A stretch of DNA of 64,000 bases from a virus (taxonomy: Duplodnaviria > Caudoviricetes): positions 1 to 64,000 of IMG/VR virus record IMGVR_UViG_3300020172_000524. One strand, 5' to 3'. Shown piece by piece: positions 8,295 to 18,396 of this stretch (position 1 is the stretch's first letter; the number at the start of each line of letters is the position of its first letter). The notes beneath the pieces were generated by a model, which made no database searches, was not told the origin of the DNA, and worked only from the letters and a program-made list of their open reading frames with translations. The position numbers and the translations under genes are program-made.

Positions 8295-9419
8295 ATGACA
8301 ACCAATAGTCCATTAGAGAATTTAGAGTTCTTTGACAGTTTTTCCGTAGATGATCCACTAGATTTAGATACCACTACAGAAGATCCTAATGCCAACATTA
8401 AACCAGATATTTTAGGAGGAGAAGACTTTGATCCCCTAGAAGAAGATGAAAATCCTGAACCTATAGATCCTCCAAAACCTCCAGCACCTGCTGAAGAAGA
8501 AGAGGAAGAAGAGGAAGAAGTAGATTTAGAAGGAGATGAAGACGATGAAGATAATTACTTTGAAGTCTTTGGTAAGGGTCTTGTTAAAGCAGGAATGCTT
8601 AACGTAGAAGAAGGAGAAGAAATTGAGTGGAATGAGCAAACGTTCTTAGCTAAGATGAACGAGACTATCGAAGATAGAGCTTGGAATCAATTAGAAGAAC
8701 TTGCTACTGAAACTTACGGAGAAGCAGGAGTACAGATGATTGAAGATATCTTCATTAACAAAGTACCTGTGCAAGAATACTTACAGAAGTTCTCAAACGA
8801 ACAAGTAGTCGAGAATGTAGACTTATCTGTAGAGGGAAACCAAGAAAGAGTTTTCCGTTTGTATTTAGCTAAGACAGGAATGGATGAAGATGAAATCGAA
8901 GATCAACTGAACTACGCTAGAGATAATGATCGCTTAGAAGCATATGCTCAAAAGTATCAAGTTAAATTGGTAGAGAAGATGCAACAGGAAAGAGCAGTAC
9001 TTGCACAACAAAGTGAAGCTCGTGTACAAGCGATTAAACAGAAAGAAGAAGAAAGAGAGCAACTATATGCTGATGTATTAGATAAAGCTATTACTTCAGG
9101 TAACATTGAAGGATATCCTTTGAATGAGTCTTCTGCCAATGAGTTGTTTGACTTTGTTCTTTCTAAACCCCACGTTCTTCCAAACGGTCAACGTATTAGT
9201 GAGTTTGAATACAAACTTGCTAAGATGCGTCAAGAGGATCCCTCAAAGTTCTTAGCTGTAGCTAAATTAGTCCAAAGCGATTTAGATCTATCTCCTGTAA
9301 AAAGAAAAGCTGTAACAGAAGAGACCAATTCTCTATTCAATGATTTAAAGACCAAGAGTAAAAAGTCTGGTAAGACCTCAAAATCTAACGATGAATTATT
9401 CTCACGGTACTTCAAATAA
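8295..9419 (+). CDS. Acidic protein between portal and capsid genes (putative scaffold/assembly protein)
   Basis: Very acidic, disordered N-terminus with poly-E and a coiled-coil C-terminal half; this position is conserved in crAss-like capsid modules. Confidence 0.65.
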   Translation: MTTNSPLENLEFFDSFSVDDPLDLDTTTEDPNANIKPDILGGEDFDPLEEDENPEPIDPPKPPAPAEEEEEEEEEVDLEGDEDDEDNYFEVFGKGLVKAGMLNVEEGEEIEWNEQTFLAKMNETIEDRAWNQLEELATETYGEAGVQMIEDIFINKVPVQEYLQKFSNEQVVENVDLSVEGNQERVFRLYLAKTGMDEDEIEDQLNYARDNDRLEAYAQKYQVKLVEKMQQERAVLAQQSEARVQAIKQKEEEREQLYADVLDKAITSGNIEGYPLNESSANELFDFVLSKPHVLPNGQRISEFEYKLAKMRQEDPSKFLAVAKLVQSDLDLSPVKRKAVTEETNSLFNDLKTKSKKSGKTSKSNDELFSRYFK

Positions 9420-9450
9420 AACATAAAAACAAAAATAATAAATTACTACT

Positions 9451-10974
9451 ATGCCTAATCAAAGTATTCCAAGGGTTAACGGGAGAGTTATAGCTAACGC
9501 TCACATGACCAGCTCATTCTATTCTAAAAATGGTTTGGGTAAATTGACAGACAAGAACTTCGTTGAAACCATGCTGCGCACTAAGCCTGATCAGTATGAC
9601 AAAATGATGATTCGCCTTTTCACCGACACTAAATTGTACAAGAACGACTTGTTGGATTTGGTAATGAAGACTGGTAAGCCTTTTATGGTTAACGATCCTA
9701 ACGGAGTTTTCACCTACAAAATCAAGAAGCGTGCTGAGTTACCTAAGATCATTGTATCTACTGCTGCTACCTACCCAGGTCGTGATGGTTCTACTTTCGA
9801 ATTGGTATTTGACAAGAACGTGTTTGTTGTTAATGACATTATCACTGGCCACCGCTATGAGCAAGAAACTCAAATCCAAATCGTTTCTGAAGGTGAAAAA
9901 CACCAGAACGGTTTCAAGTACAAGTGTACTGCAGTAGGTGCTTCTTCTAGCGACTACGTAGCTGCTACTTTCTTGGCTGTAGGTGTTGAGTACTTCAAGA
10001 TCGGTAACGTATTGGGTGAGTACACCACTTCATTCTCTAGCTTGGGATTGTTCGATGGTAACTTAGAAGTTATGGCTGATGTATTGCAACAGTATGGTGT
10101 TGAACACACTATCACTGACTGGGCTGATGCAACCAAATTGGGTATGCAGACAGACGCTTCAGGCAATCCTATGGACATCACTTACTACTCTGTAAGCGAT
10201 CCTATGGCTGAAGGTGAGAAAACCAAAATCGTTGGTTGGGAACCTACAGTATCTCGTTTGCTCCGTATGGAGATGATGCGCATGAAAGCTAACACTTTGA
10301 TGTGGGGTCGTCAAGGTAACGGTAAAGATGAAAAAGGTCGTCCTACTCGTGCTAAGCAAGGCTTATGGCAGCAATTGCACTTGGGTAACGTTATCTACTA
10401 CGATCGTGGTCAGTTCTCTTTGAACTTGATTCGTACTGCTATCGGTGACTTGTTCTACAACCGTGTGTTGTTGAAAGACCGTAGCGTGAAGATCTACACC
10501 AACCGTTCTGGTATGGAGTTGGCTTCTACTGCTATCCGCAAAGACTTCAACGGTCAGAACTTTATGGTATCTGCTGATAAGTTCTTGGATGGTAAAGATC
10601 GTACTAAGCAAGGTTATGCTTTCCAATTCGATCACTTCATGACTACTGAGACTGGTCCAGTTGAATTCGTAGAATTGGAGCAATTGAATGAGCATGCTAC
10701 TTTCTTGGAGTTGGGTCCTAACAAGAAGACTCCTCCAATTTTCATCATCTTGGATGTAAGTGGTCAAGATGACGCAGGTATCCGTGAGGTAAAATTATCT
10801 ACTCGTCCTAACATGTACTACCAGTACATTGCAGGTTCAGTAGGATTCGGTGCTCAACAGACATCAATCGCTAGCAAAGATCCTTATTCTACCTACATCA
10901 TGAAAGACTTCGCAGGTATCTTCTTGGAAGATCCTACCAAGACTGTGATCATTAAAGAATTCCCTCGCATCTAA
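9451..10974 (+). CDS. Major capsid protein (crAss-like)
   Basis: 507 aa; codons typical of highly expressed genes (TTC, AAC, ATC, CGT); position after portal and scaffold; GLWQQL...YY motif. Confidence 0.85.
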   Translation: MPNQSIPRVNGRVIANAHMTSSFYSKNGLGKLTDKNFVETMLRTKPDQYDKMMIRLFTDTKLYKNDLLDLVMKTGKPFMVNDPNGVFTYKIKKRAELPKIIVSTAATYPGRDGSTFELVFDKNVFVVNDIITGHRYEQETQIQIVSEGEKHQNGFKYKCTAVGASSSDYVAATFLAVGVEYFKIGNVLGEYTTSFSSLGLFDGNLEVMADVLQQYGVEHTITDWADATKLGMQTDASGNPMDITYYSVSDPMAEGEKTKIVGWEPTVSRLLRMEMMRMKANTLMWGRQGNGKDEKGRPTRAKQGLWQQLHLGNVIYYDRGQFSLNLIRTAIGDLFYNRVLLKDRSVKIYTNRSGMELASTAIRKDFNGQNFMVSADKFLDGKDRTKQGYAFQFDHFMTTETGPVEFVELEQLNEHATFLELGPNKKTPPIFIILDVSGQDDAGIREVKLSTRPNMYYQYIAGSVGFGAQQTSIASKDPYSTYIMKDFAGIFLEDPTKTVIIKEFPRI

Positions 10975-10989
10975 TTGCGAATCTATGAC

Positions 10990-11013
10990 GGAGGGGGTGT
11001 AATAGCCCCCTCC
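10990..11013 (+). terminator. GC-rich hairpin after the capsid gene (weak terminator or mRNA stabiliser)
   Basis: GGAGGGGGT-gtaata-GCCCCCTCC with no U-tract. Confidence 0.5.
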
Positions 11014-11055
11014 TAAATAGATAAAGTTAGAACCAAAAATTAAACCAAACCAAAA

Positions 11056-11994
11056 ATGAGTAAAGAAATAGCACAGGGAGTGCGAATTATTCGTCCCTAC
11101 AAAAGACAACCTTCTAGCATGCGCACATTAGAAGGATCATTGTACCAGAATGGATATAACTTCATTCCAGGAACAGTAAGAAAGTTTTTCCCACGAGTTG
11201 ATTCACGTGGAGTAATTAGAACAGGATTAGATGAGAACTCTCCGAAGTTCCGTGGAATCTTGGACACAAAAGCTAGAGAGCAAGAGATGCAGAGAGTTAA
11301 GCAACTTAGAGAATACTATGAGTCGCTTCTTGATGAATCCTTACTGCCTGCTAGTACGTTCTATGACGAAATTAAAGAAAACGGATACACCCTAGAAGAC
11401 GGAGACAACGTCTTCAATATGGAGAATCCTAGGGAGGCAATTAACTTTTATTGGTTAATGGAGACCGAAATGGTTGCTCACTCTATGGATGATATAGAAA
11501 GTGGTAAGATAGATACAGCTATTGTAAAGTTCTACGTTTACAATGGTGATGTAGAAACTAAGACTACTTTTGAACGTAAGAAACGCATTAACAGTGCAAT
11601 TGCATCTTTAGATAAGATGACTGCAAGTAAGCGTAAGAAAGTTCAAAAGCTTATTGGCTTAGGATTACCAATGGATGCTACGGAAGAAGAAGTTTACAAT
11701 GCAGTAGATGAGTTCTTACGCACACCAGCATCTGTTCTTGACCGAGATCCTATTGATCAGTTTAACAAGATTATGTCATACAGTGATGACTTGTTAGATG
11801 TGAAGGCTCTTGTAAAAGATCTAGTAGATAAAAACATCATTAGAATTAAAGGTTCTATTGTATACGAAGGAGAGCATGTATGGGCTAAGTCAATCGAAGA
11901 GTTTGAATTATTCCTTGCAGATCCTAAGAATACAGAAGAGTATACATCCTTTAAGGATAAGTTGAAAAACAAAGCACGAATTGACGCTCTATAA
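11056..11994 (+). CDS. Conserved crAss-like protein following the capsid gene
   Basis: Synteny; IRTGLDEN and KALVKDLVDKNIIR motifs. Confidence 0.65.
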   Translation: MSKEIAQGVRIIRPYKRQPSSMRTLEGSLYQNGYNFIPGTVRKFFPRVDSRGVIRTGLDENSPKFRGILDTKAREQEMQRVKQLREYYESLLDESLLPASTFYDEIKENGYTLEDGDNVFNMENPREAINFYWLMETEMVAHSMDDIESGKIDTAIVKFYVYNGDVETKTTFERKKRINSAIASLDKMTASKRKKVQKLIGLGLPMDATEEEVYNAVDEFLRTPASVLDRDPIDQFNKIMSYSDDLLDVKALVKDLVDKNIIRIKGSIVYEGEHVWAKSIEEFELFLADPKNTEEYTSFKDKLKNKARIDAL

Positions 11995-12010
11995 AAACTA
12001 AATATATAAC

Positions 12011-12727
12011 ATGATCCCTGTTGAGGAACTCATCTATGAGTTTAAACTAACTTTAAATAAAATCAATCGTCAGGATAATATAGATATCCCGATTGAAGAT
12101 ATTATAGTTTACCTCAACAAGGCTCAGGTTAGTTGGATTAAAACTAAACTTAATCCTAACAATATTTATAAAGTAGGCTACGATTCTATCAGAAAGCGTA
12201 TTGATGATCTTCAGATATTGAAGACCAGCAATGTGCCTCTGAATCCCGTAAAAACAAATGATCTCTTTCACGTTGGCTATGATTGTCCTCTGAAAGACGC
12301 AGCAAACTATATGTTCTATATTTCGTCTTACGCAATAGCAAAGAATGGAACCTGTTCTGAGCCCATTACTATAGACTTAGTTAGACATGGAGAACTTACT
12401 ACTAAGTACCTTGACAACAATTACAGCCCTTCGTTTGAGTGGAGAACAACTTTAGCCACACTGGGGAATGATAACTTGACAGTCTACACTGATAGTAAGT
12501 TTAAGATCGAAAAAGTGTTTGTAACATACTTACGTTATCCCTTAGATATAGATGTAGAGGGCTACGTTAAGTTTGATGGAACAAACTCTAAGAATCAAAA
12601 CTCAGAACTCCCTGAGTATGCTCAGTCAGACTTAGTCGACTTAGCTGTTAAGTTCGCTGCTCAATCAACTGATAATCAAGCACAAGCTGTGTTTGCTGAA
12701 GATCGTTTAAACAAAAACTCTGAATAA
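12011..12727 (+). CDS. Putative head-tail ring/adaptor protein
   Basis: YLNKAQ, KRIDDLQIL, YLRYP and SELPE...VDLAV motifs typical of crAss ring proteins; synteny. Confidence 0.7.
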   Translation: MIPVEELIYEFKLTLNKINRQDNIDIPIEDIIVYLNKAQVSWIKTKLNPNNIYKVGYDSIRKRIDDLQILKTSNVPLNPVKTNDLFHVGYDCPLKDAANYMFYISSYAIAKNGTCSEPITIDLVRHGELTTKYLDNNYSPSFEWRTTLATLGNDNLTVYTDSKFKIEKVFVTYLRYPLDIDVEGYVKFDGTNSKNQNSELPEYAQSDLVDLAVKFAAQSTDNQAQAVFAEDRLNKNSE

Positions 12728-12738
12728 TATATAAAACT

Positions 12739-13806
12739 ATGAATCACAAGATCACACAAATCTTTGTACCTAGCGCAGTAGATTCTGCTGCTGCTAGCAC
12801 TTTTGCATTGGCTAATAAGTCAATCGCTGCTTTCGATGCTGATGGTAACTCTAACTTGGGTGCTACTCCTGCTGTTCCTGCTTCTTTCAAATTGGTTTTT
12901 GGAACTGGTACTAACAACAAATTTGGTACTTTCAAAACTAGCGTTATCAAGCAAAGCAATATTTTGTCTGTAACCAAGACTAACGCTGACTTGAGTGTAA
13001 CTCAACAGGTTTCTTACTTAGGTTGGGACGAAGCTTCTGCTGCTACTCCTGTTTTCAAATGTGACGAAGAATACGTTGTTACTTTGAAAATTGACGAGTA
13101 CTGGAGCAAAGGCATTTACCAGCCAATGATTCAAGAGTCTGTAGTTGTTAAAACTGCATGCTGCTCTGAATGTGGTGGTGACTGCGATGCTTTGTCTGCT
13201 TCTACCTACTTGACTGCTATCGTTACTAAGATCAACGCTTCTCCTTTGTTGAGCAAGTATGTTGTTGCTTCTTTGGTATCTAGCGGATCTAACTACGGTG
13301 TTAAATTGGTAGGTAAGGCTTTGGATGAATTCGGTAACGCTTGTGTTCCTGATGCAGTTCCTTACGTATTCAACTTGGTACGTTTCAAAGCTCACGTTCA
13401 TGAAGGTCCTTACAACACTCAAGATTTCGATATCGAAAATTCTTGTGCTGCTTGGACTATCACCTATACAACTCCTGTTAAGTATCCTATCGGTGCTAAA
13501 GCTGCTATGGCTGAAATGGAGCGTCACTACTTCCGTAACAACTTGCCTAACGTAGCTGAAGCTCGCTACTACTGGAATCCTATTTACAACGAAGATGTAA
13601 ATCAGTTCTTGTACGTAGATGACTACACTGCTGCTACTGGTTTTGAAATGTACGAAATCACTTACTTGGAAGATTCTCCAGTAGGTTTCGAAAACAAAAG
13701 TAAAAACACCCACTCTATCATCATCTTGAGTGAAGAGGGTGGAGCAGGTGAAGCTGGCATCCGTGCCTTCATCAATGCTTTGACTGGTTTCTCTTTCGTA
13801 GACTAA
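12739..13806 (+). CDS. Abundant structural protein (putative auxiliary capsid protein)
   Basis: Codon bias like the capsid gene, crAss capsid-module position, followed by a terminator. Confidence 0.65.
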   Translation: MNHKITQIFVPSAVDSAAASTFALANKSIAAFDADGNSNLGATPAVPASFKLVFGTGTNNKFGTFKTSVIKQSNILSVTKTNADLSVTQQVSYLGWDEASAATPVFKCDEEYVVTLKIDEYWSKGIYQPMIQESVVVKTACCSECGGDCDALSASTYLTAIVTKINASPLLSKYVVASLVSSGSNYGVKLVGKALDEFGNACVPDAVPYVFNLVRFKAHVHEGPYNTQDFDIENSCAAWTITYTTPVKYPIGAKAAMAEMERHYFRNNLPNVAEARYYWNPIYNEDVNQFLYVDDYTAATGFEMYEITYLEDSPVGFENKSKNTHSIIILSEEGGAGEAGIRAFINALTGFSFVD

Positions 13807-13818
13807 TCAAGAGATTAT

Positions 13819-13848
13819 GTGGGGGATTAATCTCCCCCACTTTTTCTT
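13819..13848 (+). terminator. Intrinsic terminator
   Basis: GTGGGGGA-ttaatc-TCCCCCAC followed by TTTTTCTT. Confidence 0.8.
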
Positions 13849-13868
13849 ACCTATTAACTTAAAACAAA

Positions 13869-14165
13869 ATGAAAGATATCAATCTCAAACCTGGAACATT
13901 TAGTGAAACCTTGGAAAATGCTTCTGGCAAAGGTCCTGGGAAATCACTTGTAAAATTTATCTTGGGAGTTTTATCTAGCAACTCAACTTGCTGCGATAAA
14001 ACTTTTGCTTATGGTAAAGTTAACAACTCTACTATTACTCTTCTTTCTTACAGCACATCAGAATTAGGTGCTTTGACTGGAATGACTGAAGGAACTTTAG
14101 CTTACGATACTACCTTGAACAAAGTTCATGTGTATAACGGATCTGCTTGGGTAGCTCTCCACTAA
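13869..14165 (+). CDS. Small structural/fibre-like protein
   Basis: C-terminal GTLAYDTTLNKVHVYNGSAW motif common in phage fibre and decoration proteins. Confidence 0.6.
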   Translation: MKDINLKPGTFSETLENASGKGPGKSLVKFILGVLSSNSTCCDKTFAYGKVNNSTITLLSYSTSELGALTGMTEGTLAYDTTLNKVHVYNGSAWVALH

Positions 14166-14178
14166 TCTCTAAATAAAT

Positions 14179-14204
14179 GGGGGAGATAACACTCCCCCTT
14201 TTTT
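14179..14204 (+). terminator. Intrinsic terminator
   Basis: GGGGGAG-ataaca-CTCCCCC followed by TTTTTT. Confidence 0.8.
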
Positions 14205-14212
14205 AAAAAACT

Positions 14213-14719
14213 ATGAACGTACAACTTAACTTAGAAGCACTTAAAGCAAAGGATTGCTCTTACTTGTCTATCCTTGATACATCAGTATATCCATTAGCTC
14301 CTGATACTGCAGAGATTTCTATCTCAGTACCTGGCTATGATAATCCTTTTACTTTCAATTACACTATTGGCGAAGTAAACATATTCAACTCTTATAACTT
14401 TGGATTCACTACTTCTTCTACCAGTGGCTTTACTGCTTTACCTGATGGCGTTTATACTTTAACTATTACCACTTGTCCTGATACTGGTATCAACACTCGC
14501 TATCACTTGAGGACTTGTAAGATTGATTGTCGTCTTGGAGTACAGTGGGCTAAGTATGTAGACTGCTGTGATGACGAGAAGACTCTTATTTACTTGGACA
14601 AAATTGAGTTTTTGCTTAAGGGTGCTGAAGCACATGCTGATTTATGCAACCCTGCAAAAGCTACTGAATTATATAGAAAAGCCGATGACTTACTCAGAAG
14701 ACTTGAGTCTGACTGTTAA
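14213..14719 (+). CDS. Putative tail hub/structural protein
   Basis: LPDGVYTLT motif, Cys-rich C-terminal half, tail-region context. Confidence 0.55.
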   Translation: MNVQLNLEALKAKDCSYLSILDTSVYPLAPDTAEISISVPGYDNPFTFNYTIGEVNIFNSYNFGFTTSSTSGFTALPDGVYTLTITTCPDTGINTRYHLRTCKIDCRLGVQWAKYVDCCDDEKTLIYLDKIEFLLKGAEAHADLCNPAKATELYRKADDLLRRLESDC

Positions 14720-14873
14720 GAAGAAACTTGCTCATGCTGCTTACAAAGAGTTACAGCATATCAAGTACTTAACAAAACCCTATTATAAAAAGTCTAAAGC
14801 ACTAGCACGCTTCTTGAAGTATGCTGAATGCATAGACTGCGATACAAAAGCAACTCTGAAAATTAAACTTTAA
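14685..14873 (+). CDS. Small hypothetical protein
   Basis: In-frame ATG at 14685 within ORF 14568..14873; fills the gap before the gene at 14878. Confidence 0.5.
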   Translation: MTYSEDLSLTVKKKLAHAAYKELQHIKYLTKPYYKKSKALARFLKYAECIDCDTKATLKIKL

Positions 14874-14877
14874 AACA

Positions 14878-15408
14878 ATGACTAACTGCTGCCCTAATAA
14901 CAACTGCGTAGAAATCGTTCCTTCTGGGTGCGTAAAGTATACAGGTACTCCTACTCCAGGAGGTCTGATTGATTCTTTTTCTTCTTGTGACCATCCTTAT
15001 TTAAATGACTTACTTAAGTTATTAGATGATAAAGTAGTTAATATAGATACTCGTGTAGGATTAAATAAAACTGCATTTGATGCAGCTAACACTGCATGTG
15101 GAACTACTTCAGTAATTTCGACAGTAGGCCTTACAGTAACAGATGATAAATATTATTCTGCTGAGGTAGTACTTAAACTTGTAGGAGTTATTTGTGAGTT
15201 GCGTTCTCGTTTAAACTATTTGTCTGCAGAAAACATCAATACTAATAACGGAAACTTACATTGGGAAGATCTTCCATTAAGTCCTGATTTTCTTGCTTAT
15301 ATAAGAACTAAATGCTTAGGAGATGATCCTTGTGGTACTGGAGTACCTACTACCCTTGGAGGAGTTCTTAGAGCTATCATTAATAAACTTTGTACTTGCT
15401 GCCCATAA
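14878..15408 (+). CDS. Cys-rich putative tail fibre-associated protein
   Basis: CVKYTG motif related to CITYSG in the next gene; Cys clusters at both termini. Confidence 0.55.
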   Translation: MTNCCPNNNCVEIVPSGCVKYTGTPTPGGLIDSFSSCDHPYLNDLLKLLDDKVVNIDTRVGLNKTAFDAANTACGTTSVISTVGLTVTDDKYYSAEVVLKLVGVICELRSRLNYLSAENINTNNGNLHWEDLPLSPDFLAYIRTKCLGDDPCGTGVPTTLGGVLRAIINKLCTCCP

Positions 15409-15410
15409 CT

Positions 15411-17093
15411 ATGTCTACTTGTCTTGATTGTTTCGGAACACATATATCAACTACACCTTGCACTTCTGTAGGATGTTTGTCAACTAACTATGCTAAATGT
15501 ATTACCTATTCTGGGTTGCCTTTAGCTTGCGGCACAGGAGCTATTTTAACTGTAAGTAAAGCAGGTTTAGCTTTAAGTCCTACAGTTATTACCGAATACA
15601 CTGTATCTCCTACAGGAGGATCAGGTTCGGGTGCATCTGTTAAGGTTACTCGTACTCCAGGTTCTAATGTTTATACAGTTACTTTACTCAACGGTGGGTC
15701 TGGATACACAGTAGGAAACTTCTTAACTGTGTTAGGAACTTCATTAGGTGGAGCTACTCCTGCAAATGATTTGACTTTGCAAGTAACTACTCTTGCAGCT
15801 ATCATTGCAACAGGAACTAACTTGGATGTAGTTGTATCTAATCTTCACCAACGTATCTGTAACTTAACAGCTTCTGGCTTAGATTACTCAGCATATAGCT
15901 ATGGTTGCTTACGTTTAGGCGGTAACTTAGATAGTATTGGAACTGCTATTACCAGTGCTCAAGGATTTGTAGAATCAGTTGCTACAGCACTTTGCTCTGT
16001 AGACAACAGAGTAGTTGCCGTAGAGACTCCTACCTTTACAGTACCTGGATGTGTTACAGGAATTACTTCTGGTAGTTCTACTTTGGGTCAAGTATTAACT
16101 GCATATGGAACTAAACTTTGTAGTACCACTACAAGCATTGATATGTCAGGAGTTGTAGGTAACCCTTGTATCACCTATTCATTTACAACTAAACCTTCTA
16201 CTACTGTAGTTTCAGATTACATTAACTGGATTACTACTAATATGTGTGGTATCTATGTTTCGCAAAACACTTACATTGGTACTGTAACTACTACAGCTAA
16301 TGATCTTAAGTTTTACGTAGCTGGTGGCGGCTCTATTCCGACATCTATTAATACTTCTTGTATCTCAGGTGGGTCAACAACAAGCACTTTATCTGCTGCT
16401 GCTATCTTGTTTACAAGTCAGATTTGTGCAATTAATACTGCTTTAGCTTCTATCCCAGCTACAAACTATGCTTTGACTTGGGCTACCAACTTTGGTTCTA
16501 CTGCATACTACGGTTATACTTTTAACTACACCAACACTTCTACTACTTTACAAACTCAATTAAATAGAATAGTAGATACTTTAGGTAGATTAAAACTTAA
16601 GTTAAATCCAGCACACTTTACTGCTACTAGTGATTCAGATGGTTTGAATATATCTTTAGTTAGCAGTGGTGGATCAACTACTCCAAGTTTTGTAAACTTA
16701 ACAGCAGGAACTTTAACTAATGCAGTTGTAGTTTCTTCTGCTAGATTCCCTATTGGTAGTTTGCCTAAACTCCAAAAGTATGGTAACGTAGTTACAGTTA
16801 TTGGAAGCTTAGCTGTAAATGCTACAGGTTCATTTACTTGGACTCACGGTCAATCTTTAACAATCGCAAACATTCCTGCAGGATATGCTCCTCTTTATAC
16901 TCAAGTCTTTAGTGTTCTTATTCTTAAGTATGCAACAACTTCTGGTACTCCTTCAACCGCAGTTTATCAAGGTGCATGCTACATGAACGGTACAGACTTA
17001 GTAGTAGAGTTAAACAATCCCGCAGCTTCAGTGACTTTATCTGGTACAGAGTCTTTAGAGATTTTTGTAGGAGGTAATTCATACGCAGTATAA
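15411..17093 (+). CDS. Putative tail fibre/spike protein
   Basis: Thr/Ser/Gly-rich; GGSGSGASVKV...NGGSGYTVGN motif; C-terminal KYGNVVTV...IANIPAGYAP head motif; ATG at 15411 lies 2 nt after the upstream stop. Confidence 0.65.
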   Translation: MSTCLDCFGTHISTTPCTSVGCLSTNYAKCITYSGLPLACGTGAILTVSKAGLALSPTVITEYTVSPTGGSGSGASVKVTRTPGSNVYTVTLLNGGSGYTVGNFLTVLGTSLGGATPANDLTLQVTTLAAIIATGTNLDVVVSNLHQRICNLTASGLDYSAYSYGCLRLGGNLDSIGTAITSAQGFVESVATALCSVDNRVVAVETPTFTVPGCVTGITSGSSTLGQVLTAYGTKLCSTTTSIDMSGVVGNPCITYSFTTKPSTTVVSDYINWITTNMCGIYVSQNTYIGTVTTTANDLKFYVAGGGSIPTSINTSCISGGSTTSTLSAAAILFTSQICAINTALASIPATNYALTWATNFGSTAYYGYTFNYTNTSTTLQTQLNRIVDTLGRLKLKLNPAHFTATSDSDGLNISLVSSGGSTTPSFVNLTAGTLTNAVVVSSARFPIGSLPKLQKYGNVVTVIGSLAVNATGSFTWTHGQSLTIANIPAGYAPLYTQVFSVLILKYATTSGTPSTAVYQGACYMNGTDLVVELNNPAASVTLSGTESLEIFVGGNSYAV

Positions 17094-17102
17094 TAAAAAT
17101 CT

Positions 17103-17177
17103 TGGCAGGGTTTTTTTGGTTGGTTTTCCTGTCATCTTGCTAGTAGGAGCCTGCGAAAGTGGGCTCTTCTAGTTCTT
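17103..17177 (+). terminator. Tandem hairpins closing the fibre operon
   Basis: TGGCAGGG/TCCTGTCA stem with a U/G-rich loop, then CTAGTAGGAGCCTGC-GAAA-GTGGGCTCTTCTAG followed by TTCTT. Confidence 0.65.
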
Positions 17178-17187
17178 AAATAAACAC

Positions 17188-17218
17188 TTGACTTAACTTT
17201 AAAATTAATTTATATTTG
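17188..17218 (+). promoter_or_regulatory. Promoter TTGACTT...TATATTTG
   Basis: TTG at 17188 and TATATTTG at 17211, upstream of the tail operon. Confidence 0.7.
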
Positions 17219-17252
17219 TAATAAGCCTTAAATTAACCCAAACTATATACTA

Positions 17253-17894
17253 ATGTATACTAACTCAGACTTAATCGCTAGGGTAAGAAGCGCTAACAAG
17301 TTCATCAGTGATGATGATATGATTAGTGACCGCTATATTTACGGCTTATTAAAAACTAAAGCTTCTACACTATTACGTAGAGAAATCAACTTACGAAGAC
17401 TTCTTACTTCAGATAATGTGTATCAAGCATATGAGTGTTTACATTTAATTGAGGCTCCTGGTTCTGAATGTGATCTTAACTGTCCTATACGTAGAAGCAA
17501 AAACAAACTACCAAAGATAGATGAGGGGTTGTATTCGTACTTTATTCAGGGGGTGTTCAACACTTCTAACTCGCAGGAACTTTTTCCTACTACTATTAGA
17601 GATTTTATTAATCATACTTCTTTACGTTTTAAGACCCCTAAAAAGTACTATACTATCCGCAATGGATATCTTTACGTTTTAGATCCAGATGTAGAGTGTG
17701 TGAATATGTACGCTTACTTTACTGAGTCTATCGAAGATCTTGATGGCTCACAGTGTATGAGTATGTATGATAAACAATTTAAGTTTCCTGGCTACTTGCT
17801 AGATACTTTAATTGAAATGTGTAATCAGTCTTTAGTCAACTATCATAAGTTGCCTTACGAGACTGAGGACAACAACAGGGATGAACCCAACTAA
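17253..17894 (+). CDS. Putative tail ring/tubular protein
   Basis: ISDRYI, RSKNKLPKI and YYTIRNGYLYV motifs; first gene of a crAss-like tail operon. Confidence 0.6.
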   Translation: MYTNSDLIARVRSANKFISDDDMISDRYIYGLLKTKASTLLRREINLRRLLTSDNVYQAYECLHLIEAPGSECDLNCPIRRSKNKLPKIDEGLYSYFIQGVFNTSNSQELFPTTIRDFINHTSLRFKTPKKYYTIRNGYLYVLDPDVECVNMYAYFTESIEDLDGSQCMSMYDKQFKFPGYLLDTLIEMCNQSLVNYHKLPYETEDNNRDEPN

Positions 17895-17896
17895 TT

Positions 17897-18385
17897 ATGT
17901 CGAAAGACTTTATAAAACCAAACCCAAGAAAACAAGTTAGGAAAAAAGAGAAAGATACAACTTCGGATACGAACTATCTTTCCCTTAGAGCCTATCATCT
18001 GTTCTTAAAAGAAACTAAACGCAAAGACATTACCTATAAGCAGTTTTGTGGCATTCCTAAAAAGATTCACATTAAACTTATAGAGAGGTTACTACGTGGA
18101 AGATACTCATTACGGTTTCCAAACTTCGGATCAATTAAAATTGTAAAGACTGAAAATGCAATTAAAGAAGGTAAACATACAATTATTAACTGGAAGCTCT
18201 ACAATGAAACTGGCATCAAAGTGCCTTATAGAAATTCACATACCGATGGTGCAGTCTATAAATTTCATTTGTATCCATATTCTAAACGAATAGTTGAGTT
18301 TGGTTTCTACGATCTAAGAATGTCTAACAGACATAAGACAGCCTTAGCTCAAGCAATCAAAGACAACAAACTAAATATAAGGTAA
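17897..18385 (+). CDS. IHF/HU-like protein of the crAss tail module
   Basis: LRFPNFGSIKIVK...INWK...NSHTDG...YKF pattern; conserved position before the tail tubular protein. Confidence 0.65.
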   Translation: MSKDFIKPNPRKQVRKKEKDTTSDTNYLSLRAYHLFLKETKRKDITYKQFCGIPKKIHIKLIERLLRGRYSLRFPNFGSIKIVKTENAIKEGKHTIINWKLYNETGIKVPYRNSHTDGAVYKFHLYPYSKRIVEFGFYDLRMSNRHKTALAQAIKDNKLNIR

Positions 18386-18396
18386 ACTAAAATAAA

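Noticed and set aside
8492-8552. GAA-rich repeat tract
   Set aside because: It simply encodes the poly-Glu/Asp stretch of the acidic scaffold-like protein.
13018-13713. Long antisense ORFs (231 aa here; also 10363..10767, 35096..35605 and others)
   Set aside because: They lie wholly opposite strongly codon-biased genes, lack motifs and initiation context, and are best explained as shadow ORFs.
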